Shown: piece after piece, positions 47,405 through 56,809 of the stretch
Position numbering within the stretch: position 1 is the stretch's first letter
Layout of the letters: every line of letters begins with the position of its first letter
Assembly: GCA_005773635.1 (NCBI GenBank)
Contig: SXHN01000079.1
Coordinates: 36,568-100,567 of the forward strand
Length of the DNA: 64,000 bases
From: Actinomycetota bacterium
GTDB lineage: Bacteria > Actinomycetota > Acidimicrobiia > IMCC26256 > PALSA-610
Reading direction: 5' to 3'
Notes under the pieces: generated by a model
Seen by the model: only the letters and a program-made list of their open reading frames with translations
The model's database searches: none
What the model was told of the DNA's origin: nothing
Position numbers and translations under genes: made by a program

Positions 47405-47633
47405 GCGTGTCGACGCACATCTTGCAGACCTGCTTTTCGCGGTATTCGATGAGCGCGTCGGTTGCGTCGCACAAGACGCAATGGTCCCAAGCCTTGCGCA
47501 GCACGATCTGATCGCCTTGTGCTTCTACCGCCAACAGATCGCCGCTATTGAGCCCGAGTACCTTGCGAAGATCGGCAGGCAATACGACTCGACCTAGTGC
47601 GTCAAGTCGACGGGTGGTTGCAAATGTCGTCAT
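47385..47633 (-). CDS. AbrB/MazE/SpoVT-family DNA-binding protein with C-terminal CxxC...CxxC
   Basis: RRLDALGRVVLPADLRKVLGLNSGDLLAV swapped-hairpin motif. The 3' end is convergent with, and overlaps, the rsmI end by 20 nt. Confidence 0.6.
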   Translation of the reverse strand: MTTFATTRRLDALGRVVLPADLRKVLGLNSGDLLAVEAQGDQIVLRKAWDHCVLCDATDALIEYREKQVCKMCVDTLSVASA

Positions 47634-47844
47634 CTCATCTCCCACTGATTGATTACGAAGCCAATACAAAAGCCAATTGAATGTACTGCATTCGCGCTAA
47701 TTCGATATAACTGACCTTGGTCAGACGCTCGGTTGTCAGTTTGCTGTGCTTGACACGTCATCAGAATTTTCGGTGTGCCCGTCCTTGGTCGTGAGATTTT
47801 GGAAATGGGTCAGGGGCCAAGGCGACTTGGCGACATAATGGGGT

Positions 47845-49368
47845 ATGGCGAAGCCGTTTTTTGTAACCACACCCATCTATTACGTGACCGATGCACCACA
47901 CATCGGGCACGCCTACACCACCGTGGCAGCCGATGTGCTGGCGCGGTGGCGCAGGCTCCACGGCGATGATGTGAAGTTTCTGACGGGTACAGACGAGCAT
48001 GGCCTCAAGATTCAGCGAGCCGCCGAACAGCATGGAGTGACCCCGAACGAATGGGCTGATACGACCTCGCAGCGATACCGAGATACCTGGGCACTGCTAG
48101 GAATTTCCTACGACGATTTCATCCGCACGACTGAACCTCGACACCGAATTGCAGTTCAAGAGTTTCTGCAACGGATATACAACGCCGGCGACATTGAACT
48201 CGGCACGTATGAGGGCGAATACTGCGTCCCGTGTGAGGCGTATTACAACGCAGACGAACTCGAAGCAGGCAATTGTCCAATCCACCTGCGTGCTGTCGAT
48301 CACGTCGTTGAAGAGAACTACTTCTTTCGGCTGTCGCGTTACCAGCAACGATTGCTCGACTATTACGCGGCGCACCCGCATGCCATCGAACCAGAGAGCA
48401 AACGCAACGAAGTCCTTGGCTTTATTCGCGGCGGACTCCGCGATTTTTCAATGAGCCGGACTTCCATCACGTGGGGTGTGCCGTTGCCCTGGGATGAAGG
48501 CCATGTGACCTACGTGTGGTTCGACGCTCTGATCAACTATTGCACCGCCGCAGGGTTGGGTGCTGATGATGAATCGTTCGCTAGGTTTTGGCCCGCTGAT
48601 GTGCAGTTGATCGGCAAAGACATTCTGAGATTCCACGCGGTCTTTTGGCCTGCGATGTTGATGGCTGCGGGGTTGGAGTTGCCGCGCAAGATCTTTGCGC
48701 ACGGCTGGCTGTTGGTCGGAGGCGAGAAGATGAGTAAGACCTCCTTGAATCAGATTGCACCAGAAGCGTTAGTTGAAGAATTCGGAGTTGATGGGTTTCG
48801 CTACCATTTCATGGCCGATCAACGCTTCGGTCCCGACGGCGATTTCAGCTACGAATCGATGGTGACTCGCTACAACTCCGACCTTGCGAACAATTTCGGG
48901 AATCTCGCGAACCGTGTGCTGAACATGGCAACGAACTACTGCGATGCGTTGGTGCCGTTAGGTCGCGCCAACGGTCCGTTGGTCGCGGCATCGGAAGCCG
49001 CAGTGCGAAATGCGAACTCGTGCATGGAATCCCTTGACTTTTCAGGGGCTCTCAGCGCGACCTGGGATTTGATGAGCGCTACCAACGCGTACGTTGAAGC
49101 CAGTGAGCCGTGGAAATTGCACAAGCGAAGTGAGACCGAAGCGTGTGCTGCGGTGCTTGGCGATTGTCTTGAAACTTTGAGGATCGCGACATTGCTCGCT
49201 CAAGCTGTGATTCCTGACGCGACTTCAGAACTCTGGCGCCGACTGGGATTTGGCGATCACATCAGCGCTCAGCGGTTCCCCGACGCGCTGGTATGGGGTC
49301 AACTCCCTGCTGGGAATGTACTGACCAAAGGTGATCCGTTGTTTCCTCGCAAAGACGTTGTTGCGTAG
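47845..49368 (+). CDS. metG: Methionine--tRNA ligase (short form)
   Basis: Class I HIGH motif (APHIGHAYT), KMSKS (KMSKT) and the zinc knuckle CVPCEAYY...CPIH. Confidence 0.9.
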   Translation: MAKPFFVTTPIYYVTDAPHIGHAYTTVAADVLARWRRLHGDDVKFLTGTDEHGLKIQRAAEQHGVTPNEWADTTSQRYRDTWALLGISYDDFIRTTEPRHRIAVQEFLQRIYNAGDIELGTYEGEYCVPCEAYYNADELEAGNCPIHLRAVDHVVEENYFFRLSRYQQRLLDYYAAHPHAIEPESKRNEVLGFIRGGLRDFSMSRTSITWGVPLPWDEGHVTYVWFDALINYCTAAGLGADDESFARFWPADVQLIGKDILRFHAVFWPAMLMAAGLELPRKIFAHGWLLVGGEKMSKTSLNQIAPEALVEEFGVDGFRYHFMADQRFGPDGDFSYESMVTRYNSDLANNFGNLANRVLNMATNYCDALVPLGRANGPLVAASEAAVRNANSCMESLDFSGALSATWDLMSATNAYVEASEPWKLHKRSETEACAAVLGDCLETLRIATLLAQAVIPDATSELWRRLGFGDHISAQRFPDALVWGQLPAGNVLTKGDPLFPRKDVVA

Positions 49369-49389
49369 CTGATGTGGAGGGAATAGCCG

Positions 49390-50199
49390 ATGTGGGTTGA
49401 CGCGCATTGTCACGTGCAATCGGATTACGCGAAAGATCACGACGGCGACACCTTGATTGCCCGTGCAAGAGCTGCGGGCGTCGACTGGATGGTTTGCGTT
49501 GGTACCGATCTCACGTCGTCGCGGCAAGCCATTGAACTCGCACATCGACATCACGACGTGTACGCGACCGTCGGTTTGCATCCCCATGATGCGCAACACT
49601 TCGGGTCGCAATGGAAAGAACTCATCGCATGTGCAAGCCAAGACAGAGTTGTTGGTATTGGTGAGGCCGGATTCGATCTGTATTACGAGCATTCACCGCG
49701 CGACGAACAGCGCACCGCGTTCGTGGCCCAGATTGAATTGGCGAACGAACTCGATCGCGCGTTGGTGATACACACGCGAGAAGCATGGGACGACACGTTT
49801 GCGGTGCTGCAGACCGTGGGAGTTCCTCGTCGTACGGTTGTGCACTGTTTTTCTGGCGGTCCACGCGAAGCCCAGCGGGCACTTGATCTTGGCTGCTGGC
49901 TCTCATATTCGGGAATCGTGTCCTTCAAAGCGGCCGTTGAGCTACGGGCCGCTGCCGCAATCACTCCGCTCGATCGCATTCTGGTTGAAACTGATTCGCC
50001 GTATTTGGCTCCGGTGCCGCATCGGGGCAGGGCCAACGAACCCGGGTTTGTTGGTGCCGTCGGCGTAGCCCTGGCCGCTGCCTGCGGACAGGAGGTCGAT
50101 GTGATCGCTACGGTGACCGCCGCCAATGCCGCCACCGTGTTTGGCGTCTCATCGCAGACCGAAGCGGCGGGGCTCCAGGTTGACATGGGGCCTAGATAG
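49390..50199 (+). CDS. tatD: TatD-family metal-dependent hydrolase/DNase
   Basis: TIM-barrel TatD motifs (VDAHCH, GEAGFD, HTRE, VHCFSG). Confidence 0.85.
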   Translation: MWVDAHCHVQSDYAKDHDGDTLIARARAAGVDWMVCVGTDLTSSRQAIELAHRHHDVYATVGLHPHDAQHFGSQWKELIACASQDRVVGIGEAGFDLYYEHSPRDEQRTAFVAQIELANELDRALVIHTREAWDDTFAVLQTVGVPRRTVVHCFSGGPREAQRALDLGCWLSYSGIVSFKAAVELRAAAAITPLDRILVETDSPYLAPVPHRGRANEPGFVGAVGVALAAACGQEVDVIATVTAANAATVFGVSSQTEAAGLQVDMGPR

Positions 50200-50546
50200 G
50201 CATTCTTTGCGACCGTTGAAGGCGGCCAAACTTGTCGGTCCGACGAGTTGGAGATTACGGTGCTCGCTGCTGCGGGTGGAAGGCCAGTCTGTCTTGTGCG
50301 CGCTCGAATCGCTATCACGGGCAGGAGATCGAAATCCTCGAGCAAGATCTGGATCGTTGTGCACGACTGTCGGTTGATGCATCGAACTCGCAGAGAGTCG
50401 TGTGCCGAGTCGCGCTCGATGCAGTGGAGGCACCAGCAGCCGTTGGCTTGAATCGGCGTACGGCGATTCTGATTACGAGTACACCCACCCCTCGCGCAGC
50501 AGTGCACCCGGCGTTGCGCCCGCTGGGCCGTACCGCCCCCAGATAC

Positions 50547-51167
50547 ATGCGGCGAGTGCGTCAGCGCGATCGCCGCGCACTGACTCGGCGTGGCGCGACG
50601 GGGTTGTTAGCGTTTGGTGTATTGATCTCGGGACCGACGTTGGCGCTATCTAGTGGACCGGATGCTTCCGCGAGTCGGAGTCCGCGCGGATCGTCAGCGA
50701 TGCAACAACAAGTTCCTTCGCGTCCAGCGAGTCTCCCCGAGATAATTGAATCAGCAGCGTTCGTCGCTCCGGTTTCGAGGCCGTTGCCCCCGACAACGGC
50801 GATTCAGGCCCCGCCATTAGACTCCGCGGGCGAGTCGAAATTTGTTGGTGCGTACGCGCGCCGCAATGGCACGAAGTCTTGGGTTGCGTATCCGACTGGG
50901 CGATTCCATCCCTTTTTGGTGTGCACTCGTAGTTTCGAATCCGATACTGCCGGGGGATATGTAGCTGTGAGTCCTGACGGTCGGCATCGGGGGGCATATC
51001 AGTTCAAACGATCAACATGGAATACGGTTGCTCGCAATGTTGGTCGCGACGATCTCATCGGCGTTGATCCTGCGTCGGCCTCGGCTGGCGACCAGGACTG
51101 GATGGCGTTGTACCTGTACAAATGGCTGGGCGCAAGCCATTGGGAGGGGCGCTGCGCGGGAAAGTGA
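50547..51167 (+). CDS. Secreted transglycosylase-like protein (divergent Rpf-type domain; positional equivalent of mycobacterial rpfB)
   Basis: N-terminal basic region and TM/signal segment. C-terminal GAYQFKRSTWNTVA...ASAGDQDWMALYLYKWLGASHWEGRCAG resembles the Rpf/transglycosylase-like fold pattern. The start is set at MRRVRQ; the ORF-track 5' part (50232-50546) is treated as leader. Confidence 0.55.
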   Translation: MRRVRQRDRRALTRRGATGLLAFGVLISGPTLALSSGPDASASRSPRGSSAMQQQVPSRPASLPEIIESAAFVAPVSRPLPPTTAIQAPPLDSAGESKFVGAYARRNGTKSWVAYPTGRFHPFLVCTRSFESDTAGGYVAVSPDGRHRGAYQFKRSTWNTVARNVGRDDLIGVDPASASAGDQDWMALYLYKWLGASHWEGRCAGK

Positions 51168-52003
51168 GTGAATTACTCACACCCGCGTCGATTCAGTCGC
51201 TGTTGGCCCAACATGGCTTGCGACCAAGTCGAGCGCTCGGACAGAACTTCTTGTGTGATCCCAACACTGCTCGGCGCATCGTGCGACTTGCTGGCGTGAC
51301 CGCAGATGAACGGGTAGTCGAGGTTGGCCCCGGTTTGGGCTCGCTCACGCTCGCGCTTTGCGAAGCCGGAGCCAACGTGACGGCTGTAGAACTCGATCAG
51401 TACTTGCGGCCAGTGCTTTCGACGGTGACGCGTGGCCTGAATGTTGATGTCGTTGCCGGGGACGCGCTAGACATCGATTGGAGCGCGTTGCTGACAGAGC
51501 CTCCGTACTCGATGGTGGCAAACCTGCCGTACAACATCGCGACGCCCATGTTGATGCGAGCGGTTGAGATTGCCCCCATGATCGATCGCTACCTTGTGAT
51601 GGTGCAACGCGAGGTTGGTGAACGGCTCGCGGCCCCGCCGGGAAGTCGCGTCTACGGAGCGGTATCGGTGCGCCTCGCGTATTGGTGTGAGGCAAAAGTG
51701 GTTGGAATCGTGCCGCCGACGGTATTCATTCCTCGCCCCAATGTCGAAAGTGCGTTGGTTCAGGTGATCCGAAGGCCATCGCCGGCTGTGGATGTGCCCG
51801 ATCGTCAGCGTCTATTCGCGTTGATTCACGCCGGATTCGCGACGCGACGTAAATCGTTGCGGCAGTCGTTGCGGTCCGTGTTGGGTGCTCGAACTGATGC
51901 GGTATTGAGCGAAGCCAGTATTGCGCCGATGAGTCGCGCCGAGGCTCTTGGTATTGATGAGTTCGCGGCGCTCGCCCTCGCGGATGCAGTGGTCCCGCAG
52001 TGA
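51164..52003 (+). CDS. rsmA: 16S rRNA (adenine1518/1519-N6)-dimethyltransferase
   Basis: KsgA motifs LGQNFL and VVEVGPGLGSLT; GTG start overlapping the upstream TGA (GTGA). Confidence 0.9.
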   Translation: MSELLTPASIQSLLAQHGLRPSRALGQNFLCDPNTARRIVRLAGVTADERVVEVGPGLGSLTLALCEAGANVTAVELDQYLRPVLSTVTRGLNVDVVAGDALDIDWSALLTEPPYSMVANLPYNIATPMLMRAVEIAPMIDRYLVMVQREVGERLAAPPGSRVYGAVSVRLAYWCEAKVVGIVPPTVFIPRPNVESALVQVIRRPSPAVDVPDRQRLFALIHAGFATRRKSLRQSLRSVLGARTDAVLSEASIAPMSRAEALGIDEFAALALADAVVPQ

Positions 52004-52803
52004 GAGTGCGCGCTCCCGCCAAAATAACTGTGTCATTGCACGTGACTGGCGTCCGATCAGATGGCATGCACGAGATCGACGCCGTAACGGTGTTTGCCGA
52101 CGATCTCTACGACACGTTGCTCATAGACACAGGCGCAGTTGGCCTAGTCGTTGAACCGCGAGGTGCAGCGCCCGTGGGCCCTGACAACCTCGTCGCTCGG
52201 GCGCTTGCCAGCTTGAACGTTGCTGCTCGAGTCGAGTTGCACAAAGCGATTCCTAGCGAAGCAGGGCTCGGCGGCGGTTCTGCGGATGCAGCTGCGGTTC
52301 TGCGATCGTTGGGTGGCGAAGTCGGTCCTGATGCACTGCGCCGAATCGCGACATCGCTCGGCGCAGACGTTGCAGTATGTCTGCAAACTCACCCGACTCG
52401 AATGACTGGAGTGGGTGACGTACTCGAAGCGTTGTCACCAACTCAGCCGCTGCACTTGGTAATAGCGACGCCGACCTTCGGCTGCTCGACCCCAGCGGTG
52501 TATAAGGCCTGGGACAGGCTTCATGGCCCCACGAGTGACCGCGCCATCGCCGCGCCGACCGGCTGGGCCGGATGTGCGACTGAGTTTCGAAACGATCTTG
52601 AACCGGCTGCCATCTTGGTAGAGCCACGGCTCGTCGCTTTTCGTGAAGCGTTGGCACTCATAACCGAGGGTGAACCAATGCTGTGCGGCAGCGGTTCTTC
52701 GTATTGCGTTTGGTTCGAAACCCGCGCCGCCGCGGACGCCGCAGCGAGTGAAGCAGCTCGGGTGCTTGACGTGCGCGTTGCGTGTGCGGTGACGTCGCGG
52801 TGA
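52000..52803 (+). CDS. ispE: 4-diphosphocytidyl-2-C-methyl-D-erythritol kinase
   Basis: GHMP-kinase motif PSEAGLGGGSADAAAVL and the APAKITVSLHV N-terminus. GTG start with GTGA overlap with ksgA. Confidence 0.85.
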   Translation: MRVRAPAKITVSLHVTGVRSDGMHEIDAVTVFADDLYDTLLIDTGAVGLVVEPRGAAPVGPDNLVARALASLNVAARVELHKAIPSEAGLGGGSADAAAVLRSLGGEVGPDALRRIATSLGADVAVCLQTHPTRMTGVGDVLEALSPTQPLHLVIATPTFGCSTPAVYKAWDRLHGPTSDRAIAAPTGWAGCATEFRNDLEPAAILVEPRLVAFREALALITEGEPMLCGSGSSYCVWFETRAAADAAASEAARVLDVRVACAVTSR

Positions 52804-53705
52804 CGGCGAGCAGTCAGAGCAGCCCGGCGCCTTTGGCCGCAGCATCAGTCGCGGTGGTGGCCTGGGGTGTTGGGCCATTGTTCGTGACCGCGATCGGCCT
52901 GAGTGGGGTCACGGTCGCGATTTACCGCCTGTGGTTTGCGGTGCCGATTATGTACGCGATCCTGCGCATTATGGGCGGTCAACTCACTTGGCGAATATTC
53001 AAACTGGCGGCACCAGCCGGAGCGCTCTTTGCCGCCGATATCGGATTCGGCTTTTCTTCTTTTCGTCACACCAGCATCGCAAACGCAACGATCATCGGGG
53101 CTTTGTCGCCGTTGCTCGTGCTTGCGATCAGCGGCCCGTTGTTCGGCGAGCGAATTCGCAAGGTCGATCTTGTGTGGTTTGGCGCAGCCTTGGCGGGAAC
53201 GTTGTTGGTTGTGCTTTCGGGTGGATCTAGCGGCGAGCAAGGCCTACTAGGCGATGGTCTGGCGACAGTCAGCCTCTTTACGTGGACCGCCTACTTCGTG
53301 TATCTGAAAAAGAAGCGGGTCGACGGCGTTCCGGCGTTTGCGTTCATGACCGCGGTGATAGCAACCGGTGCCGTCGCGCTCACTCCATACGCCCTCGTAG
53401 CGGCTGACCCAGTAACTGCGTTGCGCGGTTCTGACTGGATTTGGCTCTTTTGCCTCATCCTCGGCCCGGGCGCGCTCGGGCACGGCGCGATGACGTGGGC
53501 GACGCGATTTCTTGATGTGAATCTGACCTCACTCATGACCTTGGCCGGGCCGGTCGTCTCGACGGTTGGCGCCGCGATCTTTTTTCACCAAGGCCTTGCA
53601 CTAGGGCAGATGCTCGGCGCGGCGTTGGTCTTGGTTTCGATTGGGTTCGTGCTGGTCGGGCACCGAGGCTCGAACGTGACACCGCAGCCGCTTGAAGGGG
53701 GATAG
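52800..53705 (+). CDS. DMT-superfamily (EamA-like) transporter
   Basis: Ten TM helices with two EamA repeats; GTG start overlapping the ispE stop (GTGA). Confidence 0.75.
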   Translation: MTASSQSSPAPLAAASVAVVAWGVGPLFVTAIGLSGVTVAIYRLWFAVPIMYAILRIMGGQLTWRIFKLAAPAGALFAADIGFGFSSFRHTSIANATIIGALSPLLVLAISGPLFGERIRKVDLVWFGAALAGTLLVVLSGGSSGEQGLLGDGLATVSLFTWTAYFVYLKKKRVDGVPAFAFMTAVIATGAVALTPYALVAADPVTALRGSDWIWLFCLILGPGALGHGAMTWATRFLDVNLTSLMTLAGPVVSTVGAAIFFHQGLALGQMLGAALVLVSIGFVLVGHRGSNVTPQPLEGG

Positions 53706-53758
53706 CCCGTTTTGTACGCGAGCTATGCACTGAGGTGCGAACGGCGTGAAACGAAACT

Positions 53759-53778
53759 GGCCACCCGTGAGGGTGGCC
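53759..53778. terminator. Bidirectional hairpin between the convergent DMT transporter and bS22 genes
   Basis: ggccaccc-gtga-gggtggcc perfect 8-bp stem; a second GC palindrome ggggcccc lies at about 53797-53806. Confidence 0.4.
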
Positions 53779-53807
53779 AGTGAGCGGCTTCAAGTTGGGG
53801 CCCCGGA

Positions 53808-53909
53808 CTACTTACCTTGAGTCCTGCGCTGCCAACGCGTCTTTTTGAGAAGCTTCTTGTGCTTCTTCTTTCGCATGCGCTTGCGGCGCTTCTTGATCAG
53901 GCTTCCCAT
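53808..53909 (-). CDS. Ribosomal protein bS22 (33 aa)
   Basis: [33 protein letters not shown] is highly similar to mycobacterial bS22 as recalled ([21 protein letters not shown]...). The ORF-track 65-aa call has a spurious 5' extension. Confidence 0.7.
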   Translation of the reverse strand: [33 protein letters not shown]

Positions 53910-54048
53910 AGCGGGGCGCAACGTAGTTGAGGTGCGCGGGTCGAAGCGAATCGGCGACCGTTTATCGTCGCTAGTCGTTGTGGCTGCGCAAAGATCATGG
54001 AACAACGCAGTGAATCCGTAGTGACTCCGCTACCGTATGGAGATCCTT

Positions 54049-54120
54049 TCGGGGGTGGTGTAATGGCAGCACACGGGTTTTTGGTGCCCGTAGGTCAAGG
54101 TTCGAGTCCTTGCCCCCGAG
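54049..54120 (+). tRNA. tRNA-Gln (anticodon UUG)
   Basis: Manual cloverleaf: acceptor tcggggg/cccccga, D-arm gtgt-aatggca-gcac, anticodon arm cgggt-ttTTGgt-gcccg, variable loop taggt, T-arm caagg-TTCGAGT-ccttg, discriminator G. No CCA is encoded. Confidence 0.75.
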
Positions 54121-54236
54121 CTCAACAACGCCATACATGGCATCGGATTGATGGCGTTGAGTGAGCGCCCGAAATTCGACATCCCGAATGTTTCCAATGT
54201 CTCGAAAATCTGTGGCGTCAACACACCAGCTGAGGA

Positions 54237-55691
54237 GTGCGACGGGCCGTGAGTAACTACCGACCGATCAACGCAATAGTGCTGGCGGCAGGTGAGGGCA
54301 CCCGGATGCGGTCTGTCGATCCGAAGGTGCTGCATCCGTTGTGCGGACAACCAATGGTGATGCATGTGCTTGACTCGTTGGCAGAGTTGCCGTTGGAACG
54401 TATTGTTGTGGTGGTTGGACACGGTGCACCCCTGGTTATTAAGGCGCTGCGCGATCAGCCAGCTTCAACCAAACCGGTTGAATTTGTTGAACAATCGGTG
54501 CGCCGAGGCACGGGAGACGCCGTAGGAATCGCGTTGTCGAACGCGGCGTTCGACGACGATGGTGAAGACGACGTGATTGTCGTCGCCGGTGACCAGCCAC
54601 TGTTGCGACCGGAGACTTTGGCGGCGCTCGCAACCGCGCATCGAGAACAAGACGCGGCAGCGACGATATTGACGGCTGTGCTGACCGACCCCAGTGGTCT
54701 TGGGCGCGTTGAGCGAGACCGAGATGGCAAGATCGCCAGAATTATTGAAGACCGCGACGCAACCGAAGCGCAACGCGCCATCAATGAGATCAATACCTCG
54801 ATCTATTGCTTCCGTCGCAACTTGTTGGCGCCAGCGTTGCGCCGGATAACCCCCGCCAACACCCAAGGCGAGTACTACCTCACCGATGTAATCGAGGTAC
54901 TGCGTTCCGCCGGGCACAAAGTCATTGCCGTAGTAGCCGAAGATGCAGGCGAGGCGCTCGGAATCAACGACCGCGCCCAGTTGGCCGCTGCGGATGCTGT
55001 CCTGCGCGAGCGGATCAACGAGCGTTGGATGCGCGCCGGCGTGTCGATGGTCGACCCGGCGCGCACGTATATCGATGCGCGGGTCGAAATTGGCGTCGAG
55101 ACGCGGCTGCTTCCAGGGACAATCTTGCAGGGATCGACGGTTGTCGGCGAAGCCTGCGTCATCGGACCTGATACCCGCATTGCGGATTCGAGCCTCGGAC
55201 ACCGAGTGACAGTCGAGAATTCGGTGGTGCAGTCGTGCGTCTTGGGTGATGACTGCCTAGTCGGCCCATTCGCGCACATGCGGGCCGACACGGTGCTTGC
55301 GGTTTCGGCCAGGGTTGGTGCGTTCGTTGAGACGAAGAACTCCAATGTTGGTGCGGGGTCGAAGATTCCGCACCTTGCCTACGTAGGTGATGCCGATATT
55401 GGCGAAGGTGCAAATATCGCGTGCGGAACTATTACCGCAAATTACGACGGAGCGAATAAGCACCGGACGTCGATTGGCAGCGCTGTGCACACAGGGTCGA
55501 ACTCAGTGTTGATTGCGCCGGTATCCATTGGCGATGGCGCAACGATTGCATCGGGTGCTGTGGTGACCAACGATGTGCCCGCAGGAGCTTTGGCTAAGGG
55601 TGTGCCCGCTCGGATCACCGAGAATTTCAAACGTCCCACGAAAAAAGATGCGCCGAAGGCCCCCGACGCGCCACAATCAAGTGCGCCGTAG
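54237..55691 (+). CDS. glmU: Bifunctional UDP-N-acetylglucosamine pyrophosphorylase / glucosamine-1-phosphate N-acetyltransferase
   Basis: N-terminal LAAGEGTRM nucleotidyltransferase motif and a C-terminal left-handed beta-helix of hexapeptide repeats. Confidence 0.9.
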   Translation: MRRAVSNYRPINAIVLAAGEGTRMRSVDPKVLHPLCGQPMVMHVLDSLAELPLERIVVVVGHGAPLVIKALRDQPASTKPVEFVEQSVRRGTGDAVGIALSNAAFDDDGEDDVIVVAGDQPLLRPETLAALATAHREQDAAATILTAVLTDPSGLGRVERDRDGKIARIIEDRDATEAQRAINEINTSIYCFRRNLLAPALRRITPANTQGEYYLTDVIEVLRSAGHKVIAVVAEDAGEALGINDRAQLAAADAVLRERINERWMRAGVSMVDPARTYIDARVEIGVETRLLPGTILQGSTVVGEACVIGPDTRIADSSLGHRVTVENSVVQSCVLGDDCLVGPFAHMRADTVLAVSARVGAFVETKNSNVGAGSKIPHLAYVGDADIGEGANIACGTITANYDGANKHRTSIGSAVHTGSNSVLIAPVSIGDGATIASGAVVTNDVPAGALAKGVPARITENFKRPTKKDAPKAPDAPQSSAP

Positions 55692-55741
55692 CGCGACGCA
55701 CCGAATTCCCTTCCGCAGCAGTCCCCAAGGAGCGCATCACC

Positions 55742-56734
55742 ATGGTTCGTGAACTCGTCACCCACAAGCAACTCGTGCTCGTGGCAGGCCGAGGCCACAG
55801 CAGCCTGGCGTCGTCGGTTGCCGAAAATCTCGATGTGCCGCTCACCGAAATATCGTTGTCGACGTTCGCGAATGGCGAGATTTATTGTCGTTTTGGCGAG
55901 AGCATCCGTGGTTGCGATGTATTCGTATTCCAAAGTCACTGCGATCCGATCAACGATCGTTTGATGGAGCAGATGCTGATGATTGACGCGGCAAAGCGCG
56001 CGTCTGCGAAACGCATTACGGCGGTATGTCCCTATTACGGGTACGCGCGTCAAGACCGCAAAGCCGAAGGTCGCGAACCCATTTCTGCCCGTCTTGTCGC
56101 CGACATGCTCACAACTGCAGGCGCGGATCGCGTTGTGAGCGTGGATCTGCACACTGGCCAAATTCAGGGTTTCTTCGATGTTCCCGTCGATCACCTCACA
56201 GCCGTTCCGGTAATTGCGGATTACTTGGCTGAGGTACTCACCGGAGAGATCACAGTTGTCGCTCCCGACGCGGGCGGCGGCAAGCTTGCGCGGCGATACG
56301 CGAGCAAACTTGAAGAACAACACGGCCTGGACATCGATTTGGCCTTTATCGACAAGCGCCGTCCGAAGGGCACGCACAATGTTGCGGTTGCTACGGAAGT
56401 AGTGGGCAACGTCGAAGGGCGCATTTGCGTGCTGGTTGACGACATGATCGACACGGCTGGCACGGTGGTGTCCGCAGCTGAATTGCTCATGGCTCGTGGA
56501 GCAAGCGAAGTGCTGATTGCTGCGACGCACGGTCTGTTATCAGGCCCGGCCGTCGATCGACTCAAGAACGGACCGATTCGCGAAGTGATCGTGACCGACA
56601 CACTCCCGATTTCGCCGGAAAAACAATTCGACTCACTTCGAGTTTTATCGATTGCCCCGCTACTGGGAGCGGCGATCGACGCTGTGTTCGGCGATGGCTC
56701 GGTGAGTGGTCTCTTCGGGGGCGACAACTTTTAA
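55742..56734 (+). CDS. prs: Ribose-phosphate pyrophosphokinase
   Basis: PRPP synthetase motifs (DLHTGQIQGFF; the PRPP-binding loop VLVDDMIDTAGT). Confidence 0.9.
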   Translation: MVRELVTHKQLVLVAGRGHSSLASSVAENLDVPLTEISLSTFANGEIYCRFGESIRGCDVFVFQSHCDPINDRLMEQMLMIDAAKRASAKRITAVCPYYGYARQDRKAEGREPISARLVADMLTTAGADRVVSVDLHTGQIQGFFDVPVDHLTAVPVIADYLAEVLTGEITVVAPDAGGGKLARRYASKLEEQHGLDIDLAFIDKRRPKGTHNVAVATEVVGNVEGRICVLVDDMIDTAGTVVSAAELLMARGASEVLIAATHGLLSGPAVDRLKNGPIREVIVTDTLPISPEKQFDSLRVLSIAPLLGAAIDAVFGDGSVSGLFGGDNF

Positions 56735-56809
56735 CCCAGTTGGGCGCCACCGTGGCCGGTGCGCGAGAATCTGGGGTCCATTTTTCGAACATGAGGTCTT
56801 TCGCGCGCC

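Noticed and set aside
49683-50507. 274-aa minus-strand ORF
   Set aside because: Antisense to tatD and its downstream leader; Ala/Ser/Arg-rich.
50232-50546. 5' extension of the Rpf-like ORF
   Set aside because: Arg/Cys-rich, no domain, consistent with a high-GC leader read in frame; it is treated as a possible regulatory leader instead.
50200-50546. ydaO / c-di-AMP riboswitch upstream of the Rpf-like gene
   Set aside because: I could not find the conserved ACGGGG...CCCGAACC...GCUAACC core by eye. The region is kept only as a generic candidate regulatory leader, not as a ydaO call.
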